Below, piece after piece: positions 1 to 12,739 of a DNA stretch of 64,000 nt. Both the position numbers and the translations under genes were made by a program. Source of the DNA: Octopus sinensis (lineage: Eukaryota); the NCBI RefSeq assembly GCF_006345805.1, contig NC_043013.1, forward strand, positions 45,570,001-45,634,000, given 5' to 3'. The notes beneath the pieces are model-generated. The model did no database searches. It was not told where the DNA came from and saw only the letters and a program-made list of their open reading frames with translations. Position 1 is the stretch's first letter. Each line of letters starts with the position of its first letter.

Positions 1-249
1 GGGCCATTTGAGGACTTTCTGCATAGAACAACCTGAGAAACTGAAAGAGAGACAGACAGAGGCAGCAACAAAACAACAGCAGGTTATAGAAACTGTTGGT
101 TCCTGAACATCACTAGTTGCAGCTTCAAGAAATGCTGTAAAACTCGTCTCATTTTCTGTCCCAGAAACCGACAAGTAGTAATCTGAGGACCTCCCTGCTT
201 GTAGTGTTAGCTTTTTGTCATTAAACAATGGGGAGGAGATGGTTGATGG

Positions 250-463
250 CGGCGAGCTGGCAGAATCGTTAGCACGCCGGGCGAAATGCTTAGCGGTATT
301 TCGTCTGCCGTTATGTTCTGAGTTCAAATTCTGCCGAGGTCGACTTTGCCTTTCATCCTTTCGGGGTCGATAAATTAAGTACCAGTTACGCACTGGGGTT
401 GATGTAATCGACTTAATCCATTTGTTTGTCCTTGTTTAGCCCCTTGTGGGTAGTAAAGAAATA
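250..463 (+). mobile_element. tRNA-derived SINE family B, full length, with 9-bp TSD
   Basis: Head ggcgagctggcagaatcgttag, B-box-like gagttcaaattc, body gtcgactttgcctttcatcctttcggggtcgat. Flanked by ggttgatgg at 241-249 and 464-472. Confidence 0.85.
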
Positions 464-572
464 GGTTGATGGACAGGAGTGACAAAGAGTTGGAGATGGT
501 CTGTGGGGAAAATACAAGATCAAATAAAATGTGCGTTAAACCGATAAAGAGAACTTTCTTAACCAGGACAAC

Positions 573-870
573 ATGAAATTAATAGTGCTGCAAATAACGA
601 ACGGTTTTCTGATGGCGATTAATTATGAGAATGTTGTGCTGATTGAGGAAGAAGAGGAAAGACATTCAGACAATAGAATATTGGTGAAGGCCATATCGAT
701 AATCTACCATGCTACGAAAGAAGCATTTCCCAGAGAACATTGGATGCTATTTGCTCTGTTCAACTTAGAAAAGGCTTACCAATGCCTTTGGTTGCACTGG
801 GTCCAATACAAGGAATGCAGGAGTGGCAGTTAGATGGTCATGAGGTTCTGTGGCCTAATCTAAATAGTGG
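573..870 (+). pseudogene. Possible decayed non-LTR retrotransposon reverse transcriptase fragment
   Basis: Translation LFALFNLEKAYQCLW resembles the RT motif vFxDLEKAYDxxW; heavily degenerate. Confidence 0.35.
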
Positions 871-892
871 TTTTCATCCTTATTTGGGTGGA

Positions 893-1298
893 TACTCTTT
901 TTACTTGTTTCAGTCATTTGACTGCGGCCATGCTGGAGCACTGCCTTTAATCGAGCAACTCGACCTCGGGACTTATTCTTTTGTAAGCCCAGTACTTATT
1001 CTATCGGTCTCTTTTGCCGAACCGCTAAGTGACGGGGACGTAAACACACCAGCATCGGTTGTCAAGCAATTCTTGGGGGACAAACACAGACACACAAACA
1101 CACACACGCATATATATATATATATATACATATATACGACGGGCTTCTTTCAGTTTCCGTCTACCAAATCCACTCACAAGGCTTTGGTCGGCCCAAGGCT
1201 ATAGTAGAAGACACTTGCCCAAGATGCCACGCAGTGGGACTGAACCCGAAACCATGTGGTTGGTAAACAAGCTACTTACCACACAGCCACTCCTGCAC
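893..1298 (-). mobile_element. SINE family A (~430 bp: tRNA head, CORE-like segment, internal (TA)n(TG)n, GAGTAAAA tail)
   Basis: Sense head ggagtggctgtgtggtaag...ggttcagtccc, then CORE-like gtggcatcttgggcaagtgtc. About 20 homologous copies in the window. Confidence 0.9.
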
Positions 1299-1714
1299 CT
1301 ATATTATTTTTTGTTTTTGCTTTTAACTATATTGTTTAGACATGCACCTGTGCCCCCGTGCGTGCACACACAATTATTTTGGGTAATTTGACAAATTTTT
1401 AATGTTGTGCACTGAGGTTGATGTAACTGGCTTGGTTCTCCCCATAAGATTTCCAGCCTTGTACTGATAGTAGAAAAAAAATTAGTTTTAGTGTTTGCTA
1501 TGATGGATTTGTTACAAAACTACATAGATTTTTTTATTTTTGCATCAGCCATTTATCTGCCTGGTGTGCATTCAGTTGTTTGACTGGCTGCATTGCTACT
1601 TGGGAAATTAACATAAATGGTTGAATATCCCTGAGAAGTGTACCGTTACACAATTCTCAAGCCAGATTAGTGTAAAACAAAGACACATTGGGGAGGGAAG
1701 AATTGACCCTAAAC

Positions 1715-2037
1715 TGGCAATCCATCAGTTGTGACAACAAGGAGTCCAGTTGATCTGACCAATGGAGCAGCCTGCTTGTGAAATAAATGTGCAAGTGGCA
1801 GAGTATTCCACAGACATGTGTACCCTTAACGTAGTTCTCAGGGAGATTCAGCATGACACACAATGGGATTAGGTTGACCCTTTGAATTACAGATGCTGCT
1901 CATTTTTGCCAGCTGAGTGAACTTGAGCAATATGAAGTAAAGTGCCTTGCTCAGGGACACAGCATGCTGCTAGGTATTGAACTCATGACCATATGATTGT
2001 GAGCTGCATACCCTAACCACTAAACGACACGTATCCA
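1715..2037 (-). mobile_element. Old tRNA/CORE-like SINE (family F)
   Basis: Minus strand tagtggttagggtatgcagctcacaatc...gagttcaatacc, then tgtgtccctgagcaaggcacttta. Related fragments near 30480-30560 and 41050-41180. Confidence 0.65.
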
Positions 2038-2168
2038 CTAGAACTGATCCTAGTACCTGAGTGGAACTTAACCCCAGAATGATGAAAGGTACAGTTGACC
2101 TTAATGTGATTTGAACTGAAGAGCACTGGGATACAGGCTAAATATATGAAGACCTTCTGATGCTTTAA

Positions 2169-2355
2169 TCCTTTAGCATTTAAACTGGCCATATCCGGCC
2201 CAAACATCCTATTTGTTTTATGTCTAAACTGGTCACATCTGACCTCTTGCACCTACCCTACAATATCATCTAAGAATAAGCAATCACATTCTTGAAATCA
2301 AAACACTGAATAAATGAGCATTACATTTGACAGTAGTAGTCTGAATGCTAAAGGG
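2169..2355. mobile_element. MITE-1 (piggyBac-type, CCCTTTAGCATT termini)
   Basis: ttaa-tcctttagcatt ... aatgctaaaggg; internal match to other copies. Confidence 0.8.
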
Positions 2356-3364
2356 TTGATGGTTCTGGTTCTGCAATTTTCAGCCTCTTTTATCAAGAAC
2401 AACTGAAGACAGAACTATTCCTTTTGGGATAATTTTTAACACAGAATCTCTGACATTGCATTGGACATCTGCTCTAGTGGGGCATAGAATCTGTCATTTT
2501 GGGGCATAATTTTATTTTTCTGTTTTTGTTTCTGTTTAACTCAAAATGGTTTTTAGGCAGAAAGGCGACCCCCCCCACCCCCTTAAAAAGAAAAAAAGTG
2601 AGCATGACAACGTAAACAAAGGAAACAAAAAAGTAAAGTAAAAACTAAAAAAAAAAACAACAACCAAATTCTCTTTCCCAACAGGATTCATGCATTGTAC
2701 ATGAAAATAAAATATTTTAATGTTTAAAAATGTCAGTTTGAAGTACTTGAAAGAATCTGTTAGCAACAACAATACTGCACATATGTACACATATTTTGCT
2801 AAATAAAGAAAACAAACCTAATTTAATGGGTGATTGTTTGAGCAATGCAGATGGTACTTGTAATTTCTTTGCTAACACTGCTTACAATTAATTAGATCTA
2901 AAATATGCATGATCTAACAGGGAAGAAATCAGTGGCAGAGATTTTTAACCAAAGCAAACACTTCCGCACCTGACATTTTTATTCAAGAACAAGATAGGAG
3001 AAAGGTCGCATGCCTATGTATCTCTGAAAATGCATAGTTGACCTTATGAACCCTGGTCAATGCATCAAGTGATAAGTTCTCTATTGGTTGGAGGAGCACT
3101 TATTGGGACTGTATGTCTAGTTTTTGAAACTGGGGTTGGGGTATGAATGTGGGGTGAGCTTCTGTCACACTCCTGCCCATAAATTTATCCCTCAGTACAC
3201 ACGACAATGCAAGTATGAGGATCATGGTGAAGAACATTAATCGTGATGTTGACCCTTGGTTTGTTGTTACTTTTGCGCTATAGTAAGGGTAGACAGTGAA
3301 TGCTGAGGTGACTAAGATGAACAGAAGCAAATATTTGGTTTCGAAGGGCTCCGGATGGGTATTT

Positions 3365-3590
3365 AATTCTTCAGCATTCAGATTACTGTTTCAAATGTAA
3401 TGCTAATTTATTGATGTTCTTTGCAATTAAACATACAATTATCTTGTAGCTTTCAGATTTTGATGATGTGATTGTTTATTTTTTAGAGTGACATTGTAAG
3501 GTAGGTGTGAGAGGTCAGATCTGGCCAGTTTGAATATAAAGCAGGTAGAATATTTTGGCCGGATATGGCTGGTTTAAATGCTAAGGGATT
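3365..3590. mobile_element. MITE-1, degenerate
   Basis: cagcattcagattac ... gccggatatggctggtttaaatgctaaggga. Confidence 0.75.
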
Positions 3591-4245
3591 AAGTCTTAAT
3601 GGCCCCAGAGACTGACAGTGCACAGTAGAGTGCTTAGTTCCTTTATGTGATGCAATAACGACCATTTGAGAGCTTTACACCAAGAATAAATCAAGAAATA
3701 AAATTTAAAAAACAATTAAAATCAGCACAGGAACTGTTCTCAAACCATTATGATTTGAGGCTTGGCAAATATCAGAAGTAATGGCCTCATCCTCAGTTCC
3801 AGCAGTTGATGAACTGGGGCTCACTTCCTTAGCCATAACCATTAAGCATCACTACTCCATCATGTAACTGTGAGAAAGAAATTGAGAACGGACAAGGAGT
3901 GTCTGGGGAGTGGAGAGAATAAAAGAAAAGACGAGTATAATGCATGGAGAGGAAACCATCTCCTGTAAGTGTATGAATATTATATTGCTTTGCATAGCAA
4001 ACGACCAACCAATTAATGGATGATCAAAATCCCTTGTGAGAAAGCCAAGAAAATGTTTAAGTGCAGTTTGTGAGGTGATGGACAATGATTCTATGAAAAA
4101 ATGCTGAAGATAGTTTACTGGTGAAAAACCATGTTACAGGGTTTACAAGTTACTGTAGCTTAAACTGCTAAGAGGATGTAAGCCCTTTCTTGTTTGAGAT
4201 TGTTATGAGGGCTCTTTTGGGATCAGTCGAGACCAGTATCTAGAG

Positions 4246-4464
4246 CAGTGCTTTTCAAACTTTTTGTTGGAGCAGAACCCCAAGGAAACATGCCACTGAC
4301 TCGGGAAACCCCTGTGCAATAATTTAATAGTCTTATGCACACATACCTGCACAGGAGAATTAAAAATTACTGCCGATTTTAGCAGTTTTGTAACTTCTTG
4401 CAGAACCCCTAGACTGTACTGGCGGAACCCCAAGGTTCCACGGAACCTTGGTTGAAAACCACTG
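4246..4464. mobile_element. hAT (Charlie-like) MITE with 8-bp TSD
   Basis: Termini cagtgcttttcaaac / gttgaaaaccactg. TSD atctagag at 4238-4245 and 4465-4472, fitting the NTCTAGAN preference. Confidence 0.85.
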
Positions 4465-4807
4465 ATCTAGAGGAATACACGAAAGCAGAAGGTGGTCAAG
4501 GCCACGTGGCACTTTTTCACCTATGTGTAGGTGTGATTCCCTTATTTGTTTCTTGTGTTATTTAATCATATCTCTTTAAATTATATTGTGTCTTATGCAC
4601 ATTCATTTAATTATCTTGCATATGAAAATAAAACTAAACATGTTACACAATGTTATGCATAACACCTTTGCCCCTCTCATTGTTTTTCTCTTATTTTGTA
4701 TACCCTCTACATATTATTGTAACATCTTAGTAACTCTTTTGTTGTGTGTGTGAATAGATCTTAGTGACAAGAAAAGAAACATTATTATTGTTAGAATAAA
4801 AATAAAG

Positions 4808-5205
4808 TGCTTTGCTGTATGTGTTCAAGCTCTTTACATTCTGAGTTCAAATTCCCTAAAAGTCAACTTTACTGCTCATCCCTCCAGAGGTGGGGATTTT
4901 AATAAAAGAAAGTACCAGTCAAGTATTGGGGTCGATGTAATTGACTCATCCCCTCCCCTGAAATTGCCAGACTTGTGCCAAAATTTAGAAGCATTATTAT
5001 TATTATTATTATTATTAAAGTGGTGAGCTGGCAGAATTGTTAGCACGCCAAGCAAAATGCCTAATGGCATTTTGTCCATCCTTATGTTCTGAGTTCAAAT
5101 TCCTGTGGAGTCGATAAATTAAGTACATGTGAAACACTGGGGGTCGATATGATCAACTAGTCCCCTCTCCCAAAATTTCAGGCTTTGTGCCTTTAGTAGA
5201 AAGGA
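4808..5205 (+). mobile_element. Two tandem SINE B copies separated by (ATT)n
   Basis: Repeated ttctgagttcaaatt and ggggtcgat motifs; head ggtgagctggcagaattgttag at ~5022. Confidence 0.75.
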
Positions 5206-5999
5206 TTATTATTATTGTTGTTATAAGTGTTGCTGTTGTTAGGTGCAGCTAAAATTCAAGTATTAAGTCATGAAAAGGAAGTAAAATTTTTGGTGCAGTT
5301 TGAAACATTAAACATCCTGAGATTCACATGTGTCAAGATAATGCTTGTATGGGATATGAAGTTTTATGTTTGTGAAAAGTGGAAGGAAATAGTATTCTCT
5401 TTTTAACTCGTGAGTTAATTAATAATTTGTTCATGCTTAAAGGTTGGGTGCCAAAACTTGACAGGAGAAGTCGAAATTTTAAAAATATTTTGTATTTACT
5501 TATGGGAACAACACATCTTAATTTAGTTAAAATGCGATCAGAAACAACTGAAATTTTGTTATTCTAAACTCTAATTAAATTCGTCAAGATTCTGTTCTGG
5601 AATCTTTTATTTTTTTTTTATTGCTATTTACAGTTTGATTTTCTGAAATATTTCTAAAATAAATATTCTAGAACAATGTTATAGGTAAATAATTATTTCT
5701 AGTATTACTGTTCTAAATCTATGTTTAATGGTTTGATTAATGATTGATTAAGTTATTTTCTTCATTATTGATGGGTGACTTTTCTTAGCATCTCAATCAT
5801 TATGATTATTGTTAACAAAAAAATAATTACTTGGTTAGCGGTTAGCTATGTTGATTATTTTCATAATAGAAGTAGTTCGTTGGTATTGCAGTTAATCTGA
5901 TCGGTTACTAATAGGGTTATGATTTCAAAACTGGCTGCAAACATTGTGCTGTGCTCCTATACAAACTACAAAACTTTTCAAACCAACAAGAGTGTCTTT

Positions 6000-6190
6000 A
6001 TGTGGTTGCTTAACCTGCTAGAAATACCAGCCAAATCTCTCTAAAATTACAATCTACTTTACTTAAAAAAGAAGGGCATATTCATTGGGTATGTCTAAAA
6101 CAAAGACAGCTTTGTCATGATTGGAATGTCTTTCATCATACCCTTCTTCCTGCTATGTCTAGACTAATCTGAGGCTTAAACAACAACACC
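6000..6190. repeat. Old degenerate interspersed repeat (family H)
   Basis: gtggttgcttaacctgctagaaataccagccaaatc recurs at ~8295-8470 and 49265-49340, and inverted at ~22060-22130 and 49010-49150. Confidence 0.5.
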
Positions 6191-6200
6191 TCTTTCTTAA

Positions 6201-6410
6201 CCCATTAGCATTTAAACTGGCCATATCTGGCCAAAATATTCCACCTGCTTTATGTTCAAACTGACCAGATCTGGCTTCTCACACCAACCTTACAATATCA
6301 TTCTAAAAATTAACGGTTGCCCCATCAAAATCTCAAAGCCACAAGATAATGCAGATTAATTCAAAACAATGAGAATAACTAGGCATTTTTTTTGACAAAA
6401 TGCTACAGGG
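6201..6410. mobile_element. MITE-1
   Basis: TTAA at 6197-6200 and 6411-6414 flank cccattagcatt ... aatgctacaggg. Confidence 0.85.
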
Positions 6411-6794
6411 TTAATCTGTTCAACTGACAAGTACCATTTTTTTTGCTTCATGCTTGGAAGGCTGTCTCATTGATGCATTAATTATGTAAATGTCAGAATT
6501 TTCCGAAGCCTCACAGCTCAACTTACGTTAGCATGTTAAATAACTAACATGTTGAATGTATGCATATCATAAACATGGTGTTTTTATTAATAGACTTGTT
6601 ATCTAATCTCATTGTCACAGCTCTTATTGCATTTGATGTTATTGTTGTGAACGTGCTATTTGATTATTTTTTTTTCTTTATCACAACAGAACACATTTTG
6701 TAGATTGTATGGGTGTTTCTAATCAGTTTATTCTTTTTTTTTTTGACATGTACCACAAGATCCTTTAGCATACTTTCTTCACAAGGTTGAAATA

Positions 6795-7195
6795 TCTCTT
6801 TTACTTGTTTCAGTCATGTGACTGTGGCCATGCTGGAGCACCGCACTTAGTCGATCAAATCGACCCCAGGACTTATTCTATGTTAGCCTAGTACCTATTT
6901 TATCGGTCTCTTTTTTTGCCGAACCGCTAAGTTACGGGGACGCAAACACACCAGCATCGGTTGTCAAGCGATGTTGGGGGGACAAATATGGACATACAAA
7001 CATACACACATATATATATATACACATATATACAACGGGCTTCTTTCAGTTTCCGTCTACCAAATCCACTCACATGGTTTTGGTCGGCCCGAGGCTATAG
7101 TAGAAGACACTTGCCCAATGTGCCACACAGTGGGACTGAACCCGGAACCATGTGGTTGGTAAACAAGCTACTTACCACACAGCCACTCCTACGCC
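6795..7195 (-). mobile_element. SINE family A
   Basis: Full-length homology to 893-1298. Confidence 0.9.
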
Positions 7196-7228
7196 TATAT
7201 TGTATTGTATTTTTTTTTCCTAGAACAA

Positions 7229-7735
7229 CATCATCATCATCATCATCATCATTTAATATCTGTTTTCTATGCTGGTATGGGTTAGATGGCTTGACAGGAA
7301 TTGGCAAGGCCAGGGGCTGCATCAGGTTTCCATAGTTTGTTTTGGCTTGGTTTTTACTGTTATATGCCATTCCTAATGCCAACCACTCCACAGAGTGCAC
7401 TGGGTACTTTTTGACATATATGCATTGGTTTTAGGATCTCAGTTCTATTGTTGTGGGCAGGTCTTCTCGAGTATACCACATATCTTGGTCCTCTGTCATC
7501 TCCTTCATAAGGTTTAGCATTTTGAGGCCAGCCTTCAATACTTCATCTCGTGTCTTCCTGAGTCTCTCTCTTCCACTTCTCTCCTCTTTAAGTGATTGAC
7601 ACTTCTTTATACAACTGTCCTCATCTATCTGCATCACATGACCAAACTAGTGCAGTTTCCTCTTTTGCACTTTGCACATAATTCTTCTTATGCTCAACTT
7701 GTTGCACATGCACACTGACATCACACATCCAAGTT
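7229..7735 (-). mobile_element. RTE LINE 3' fragment (ORF C-terminus plus family C 3' UTR)
   Basis: Minus-strand translation QIDEDSCIKKCQSL...RKTRDEVLK; leftwards it continues into the family C end and (GAT)n tail. Confidence 0.7.
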
Positions 7736-9529
7736 GAATTGACTCAAATAACTTTTAGTGTTTAAATCTACGTGTACATCCAATAATGCATTTTAGAAGC
7801 AACCTGCTCCATCAACTGCGTCTTATATATTTGATGGAGTAGGTTGTTTGTTTCATAGATGTGTTGCATCCAAACTGTTTTGTCTGTATAGTGCAATATA
7901 TATATGTTTATATATAATTATCGCATAAACTTGAAGATATAGTCACTTACTATGTTCACAGTGCTGTGGATTGTATATAATATTTTTTCAGGTATGGAGA
8001 ATAGAGTGGAGGACCCGAGCTTTGTATTGTAAATATGTGTATTTGAGAGAAACATAAAAGTTCCTTGCTTACATGGAGTGAGTAAGGAAGTTTTGTGGAA
8101 CAAATTGTATGTGTGGTGGGGATACAGTTTGTGGCTAATTAAAAGCTATTGACCAGAGTAAAAATGAAATGAGTAATGAAGGGATAGCATTGATAAAAAT
8201 GAATGTGAATAACACATGATTCACATGTACAAATACTATCACTTTCAGCTTGGAGATTTGTTTATGAAAGCCTCCACCACAAAAGGAGCCTCAGCGTAGT
8301 TGTTGATTTTCTAGAAATAGCAGCCAAATCCTCTTAAATCACTTTTTTGCTGTCATAACAAAAGTAGAAACAATGGAGACTGTTGTCAGTATTCAATAAG
8401 ATACAATGGTTTATGTCTGGAATAGCTTTGATCATCAGCCTGTTGAATCAGGATTGACCAGTGGTTAAAGATGTTAAATTTTTGTAGCTAGGAAGATTTT
8501 TCAGTTTCAGTTGCATGAATGAAATCTAGACCTAGTACCAACCCCTTCAATTCTGTTATTTACTGATGGCTAGTTTGATTTTACATGTTGTGTATCTTTT
8601 CTCAGGTCATCTGTGGAAGGGTTTGGGATCATAATCTTTTGATCATAAGATTAGAAACAATCTAATACCCCTTGTCTAAAATATATTATATTTATAACTT
8701 AGATTTGCTTGAAAGAGTTATTGTTCGTCTCCAGGACAGCTCTGACCATCCCTGATAGTATTTATAAGGACTACATTATCTAATATGCTTTTCTGTTTTT
8801 TTATTGAATTTTTTTTTTTAGACAGTAAAATGTAATTTGAAGGAAATTTTATTTACAACTCTTTCTAGCAGATCAAATAACTGCATAGGGCCTCCCTTGT
8901 TTAGCTTGCATTTAGAGAGTTTGTGACAGTTAGTTTGTAAAAAAATATTTATTATGGCTACTTCCTCAGCATGTTTTGTATTGCATTGGAATAAAGAATT
9001 CTGGTATGTTCCGAATAAACAAGGCATTGCAACAAAATTGATATGGTTCCCCCTGTTAGAAACTGTTGCTTCATGTGAAACCAGTAACAACAGTCACATC
9101 ACAATAAACCTTGTCACATAACAGATTTATTTGCAAACTAAGGATTGGCTTCTCTTTATTTCTCTTTTGTGACTCACATTCCCTTGAAGTCTGTTTTTCT
9201 TTCTGACTCATTAACTATGTGTCACTCATATAGGCATGGGCAGTCTCTCAATAACAACTATTGTTTTTATTATTATTATATTTGTATACACTCTTTTTAC
9301 TAATTATTATTGTTGTTGTAGTTGTTGTTATTTTTAGCAGCACCCTTAAATTAGATAGCTTTGATATTTCGAATGATCGGCTGAAAAATATGCAGTTTTG
9401 TTTCCATTCTCACTCATTGTGATGTTGTAGATTTTAAAAAATCTAAATCAGTCTGTGCACCTTATTAGAATATATAATATTAATAATTGGTATTGTTAAT
9501 CATCATAATCATTATTTGGATTAGTAGAG

Positions 9530-10135
9530 TGCTTAAAGTGCTGGAAAAAAAAAAGGTCTTTGGCATTTGTTTCTGCTCTTAAAGTTCTGAGTTCAAATCA
9601 AGCCAAATTTACTATTTATTGTTTTGGAATCAATAAATTGAAGTACCAATGAAGAACTCCCCTCCCCTCAAAATTGCTGGCCTTGTGCCTAAATCAGAAA
9701 CTATTAGAAGAAGGCAGTGAGCTGGCAGAAAAAGAATGCTCTACTTCATTATATTCTGAGTTCAAATCCCATCAAGGTCAACTTTACCTCTTTTTTCGGG
9801 TCAATAAAATAAAGTATCAGTCTTTGTACTGGGGTTGACGTAGTCAACTAAATCCTTCTCTCTAAAAAACTTCAGACCTTGTGCCAATTTCATCATCGTC
9901 ATCAAGATCATCATCATCAAGAGACAAGTTGGTAGAATTGTTAACATGCCAAGCAGAATGCTTAGTGGCATTTCTTTCGGTTTTATGTTCTGAATTCAAA
10001 TGCTACTGAGACCAAGTTTGCTTTCCATCCTTTCAGAACTGATAAAATAAGTACCTGTCAAGCGCTGAGGTCAATGTAATTGACTAACCTTGTCTATAAA
10101 ATTTCAGGCTTTGTGCCTAGAATAGAAAGGATTAT
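9530..10135 (+). mobile_element. Chain of three degenerate SINE B copies
   Basis: Three repeats of ttctga(g/a)ttcaaat ... aataa..agta ... ccttgtgcc. Confidence 0.7.
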
Positions 10136-10137
10136 TA

Positions 10138-10890
10138 TTGAGTGAGAGAGCAGCATATGCCATCAAAGTGACACTGGGGTGCAAGTATTTGGAGCCCAAT
10201 ATACCAACCATGACTGCCCATCTGATAAGGGTACATCAGGCACATGCATCACAACCATATGTGCATGACGTGGTAGTTTCATATCAAGATAAATAAAGCA
10301 TGACCTTGCAGGTAGGCCTCAGTTAGCATTTTCTTTAGGTTGAGTAGCCCATCCTACTCAAATGGCCCCTGAATAAGGGTTGTTTAACCCTTTAACATTT
10401 AAACCTGCGTATCCGGCCCAAATGGTCTACCTGTTTTATTTTCAAACTGGCCAGATCCAGTCTCTCCCACCTACCCTACAATGTCATTCTAAAATTAAAT
10501 GATTACATCTTCAAAATCTCGAAGCTACAAGATAATATGTGATTAATTTTTTAAAATATGGATACATAAACATTGCATTTGATAAATTAATCTGAATGCT
10601 AAAGGGTTAAGAATGATGAATGAAGCACCCATGTTTCCAAGGGTGAATTATTCAAACCTCAAAGAATCCCTCTTGGTACATAGCTATAATGCTCCTCCCA
10701 CTACCCCTGCTTGTGATCAGAGAGGCACATATTGCCCACCACTAAGTTAGACTGATTAAAATCAAGCAACTGACAAGCAAATCTGTGGTATTGAGAAGAA
10801 TACTTGCTGTAGCTCATCTTTTACACAAAGACAAAACATGTACAATGTAACACTTGCAATTAGTTAAGATCAGATGTCATGATAACCACA
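10138..10890 (-). repeat. Unclassified ~530-bp interspersed repeat (family G), interrupted by MITE-1
   Basis: Colinear with 35758-36282; (ATT)n at the left end. Confidence 0.8.
10388..10606. mobile_element. MITE-1 with TTAA TSD
   Basis: TTAA at 10384-10387 and 10607-10610; the paralogous G copy has an empty TTAA site at 35991-35994. Confidence 0.9.
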
Positions 10891-11074
10891 GCCTGGTATT
10901 GCATCAGAACATGCTTGGTATTGCATGAGGGCTTGCATGCTATTGCAGTAGGGCATTATTATTATTATGTTTTGGTAGTATTATGTTATAGAATGCTTTT
11001 ATTACATACTGTGAAGCACTGTTTTTTTGGCTTGGCTATTTATAGTTTTGTTTTGGCCAGAGCAGCCAATTGGC

Positions 11075-11390
11075 TTCCGTACCTGTGGCACATAAAAGGG
11101 CACCATTCGAGTGTGATCGTTACCAATGTCGCTTCACTGGCACATGTAAAAAGATTCAAGCGAGGTCATTGCCAGTACTGCCTGACTGGCCCCTGTGCCA
11201 GTGGCACGTAAAAGGCACCCACCACACTCTCTGAGTGGTTGGAATTAGGAAGAGCATCCAGCTGTAGAAACTCTGCCAGATCAAGATTGGAGCCTGGTGC
11301 AGCCATCTGGTTGCCAGCTCTCAGTCAAAATCGTCCAACCCATGCTAGCATGGGAAGCGGACGTTAAACGATGATGATGATGATGATGAT
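11075..11390 (+). mobile_element. Family C (RTE LINE 3' end)
   Basis: gtggcacgtaaaaggcaccc ... ggacgttaaacg(atg)n tail. Confidence 0.85.
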
Positions 11391-11859
11391 TGTGGTTTCT
11401 TTTGTATTAAAAATTACTCTTTATGTAGAGTGTCTAATTGTTCTGTTTTCTACATGTTGTGAACATTTGAAGTATGGGGTTTTGCCTGCATTGTGTTTTT
11501 TTTTTTTTTTATCATTCCTAAGGGATCTATTATTATAAAGGGTTCTTTGTTTTTTAGCCCCTACATTTAAGTTATTCTATTTCACAACAATAAAAAAAAA
11601 AGTAATATTCAACAACTGGCACAATGTAATTGTGAGTTTGTGGATTTAAATTTCAATCATAATTTTTTTTTTTTGCTGGGAAATAACACGTATTAATTCT
11701 AAAGAAATTGAAAGATCGAAATTTAAGTCCAATAAATGCCATTTTACATTGTATCAGCTATAACTTACTCTGTGCTATTATACTCAACTTATGTATTGAG
11801 TATCAAATAACTTTTGTTACTTATTTGTGAATTAGTACACCAAAGTCATTATTTTATTG

Positions 11860-12050
11860 TTTTATCTCTTTCTGGATCTTTATACTTTGATAATGTCTCC
11901 ATTGTTATGTCTAATAGGAAGCACTCTCTTTCTTGGTGCTCTCTGGTGATAATATCCAGTCACCTAACTTTGATCTCCTTGTCTGTGTCTATTGGCTTAT
12001 CTCAGAGTATTGGTATTTTGTCAGTCTCTGTCATTTTCTGGTGTATGCTT
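11860..12050 (-). pseudogene. R4/Dong-like non-LTR retrotransposon endonuclease (RLE) remnant
   Basis: Minus frame IL*DKPIDTDKEIKVR*LDIITREHQERECFLLDITMETLSKYKD resembles ILWDxPIHTDREIxANRPDI...CxLID...LSKYKD. Confidence 0.65.
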
Positions 12051-12212
12051 AAGCCACTTTTTTTCTTGGTATCTTCTATCCTTGTTTTAGACAGTGGACT
12101 GCAACCACGCTTGGGCACTGCCTTCAAGGGTTTAGCTCAGTGTTTCTCCACCGTTTTTTTCCTGATGCCCCCCATTACTATTTCACTCGGATGGACCCAC
12201 CTAGCCATTGGA

Positions 12213-12588
12213 TACTCTCTTTTACTCTTTTATTTGTTTCAGTCATTTGACTGTGGCCATGCTGGAGCACCACCTTTAGTCGAGCAAATTGACCCCAGGA
12301 CTTATTCTTTGTAAGCCTAGGTCTATTTTGCCGAACTGCTAAGTTATGGAGGCGTAAACACACCAGCATCGGTTGTCAAGTGATGTTGGGGGGACAGACA
12401 CACAAACACACACACACACACACATATATACGACAGGCTTCTTTCAGTTTCCATCTATCAAATCCACTCACAAGGCTTTGGTCGGCCCGAGGCTATAGTA
12501 GAAGACACTTGCCCAAGGTGCCACACAGTGGGAGTGAACCCGGAACCATGTGGTTGGTAAGCAAGCTACTTACCACACAGCCACTCCT
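12213..12588 (-). mobile_element. SINE family A
   Basis: Homology to the other copies. Confidence 0.9.
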
Positions 12589-12739
12589 GTGGTTTCTTTT
12601 GTATTAAAATTTTATAATTAAATATTACAAATTGATAAAATATTTTATGTATTGTAGAAGAATAATCAATTCATTGCAGATATATTTTAACAACAAAATC
12701 TTATATGGATCCCAAGGGCCATATAGGCCTTGGTTGAGA

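Noticed and set aside
11814-12314. 166-aa hydrophobic ORF resembling a membrane protein
   Set aside because: It is the antisense of an R4-like remnant running into SINE A.
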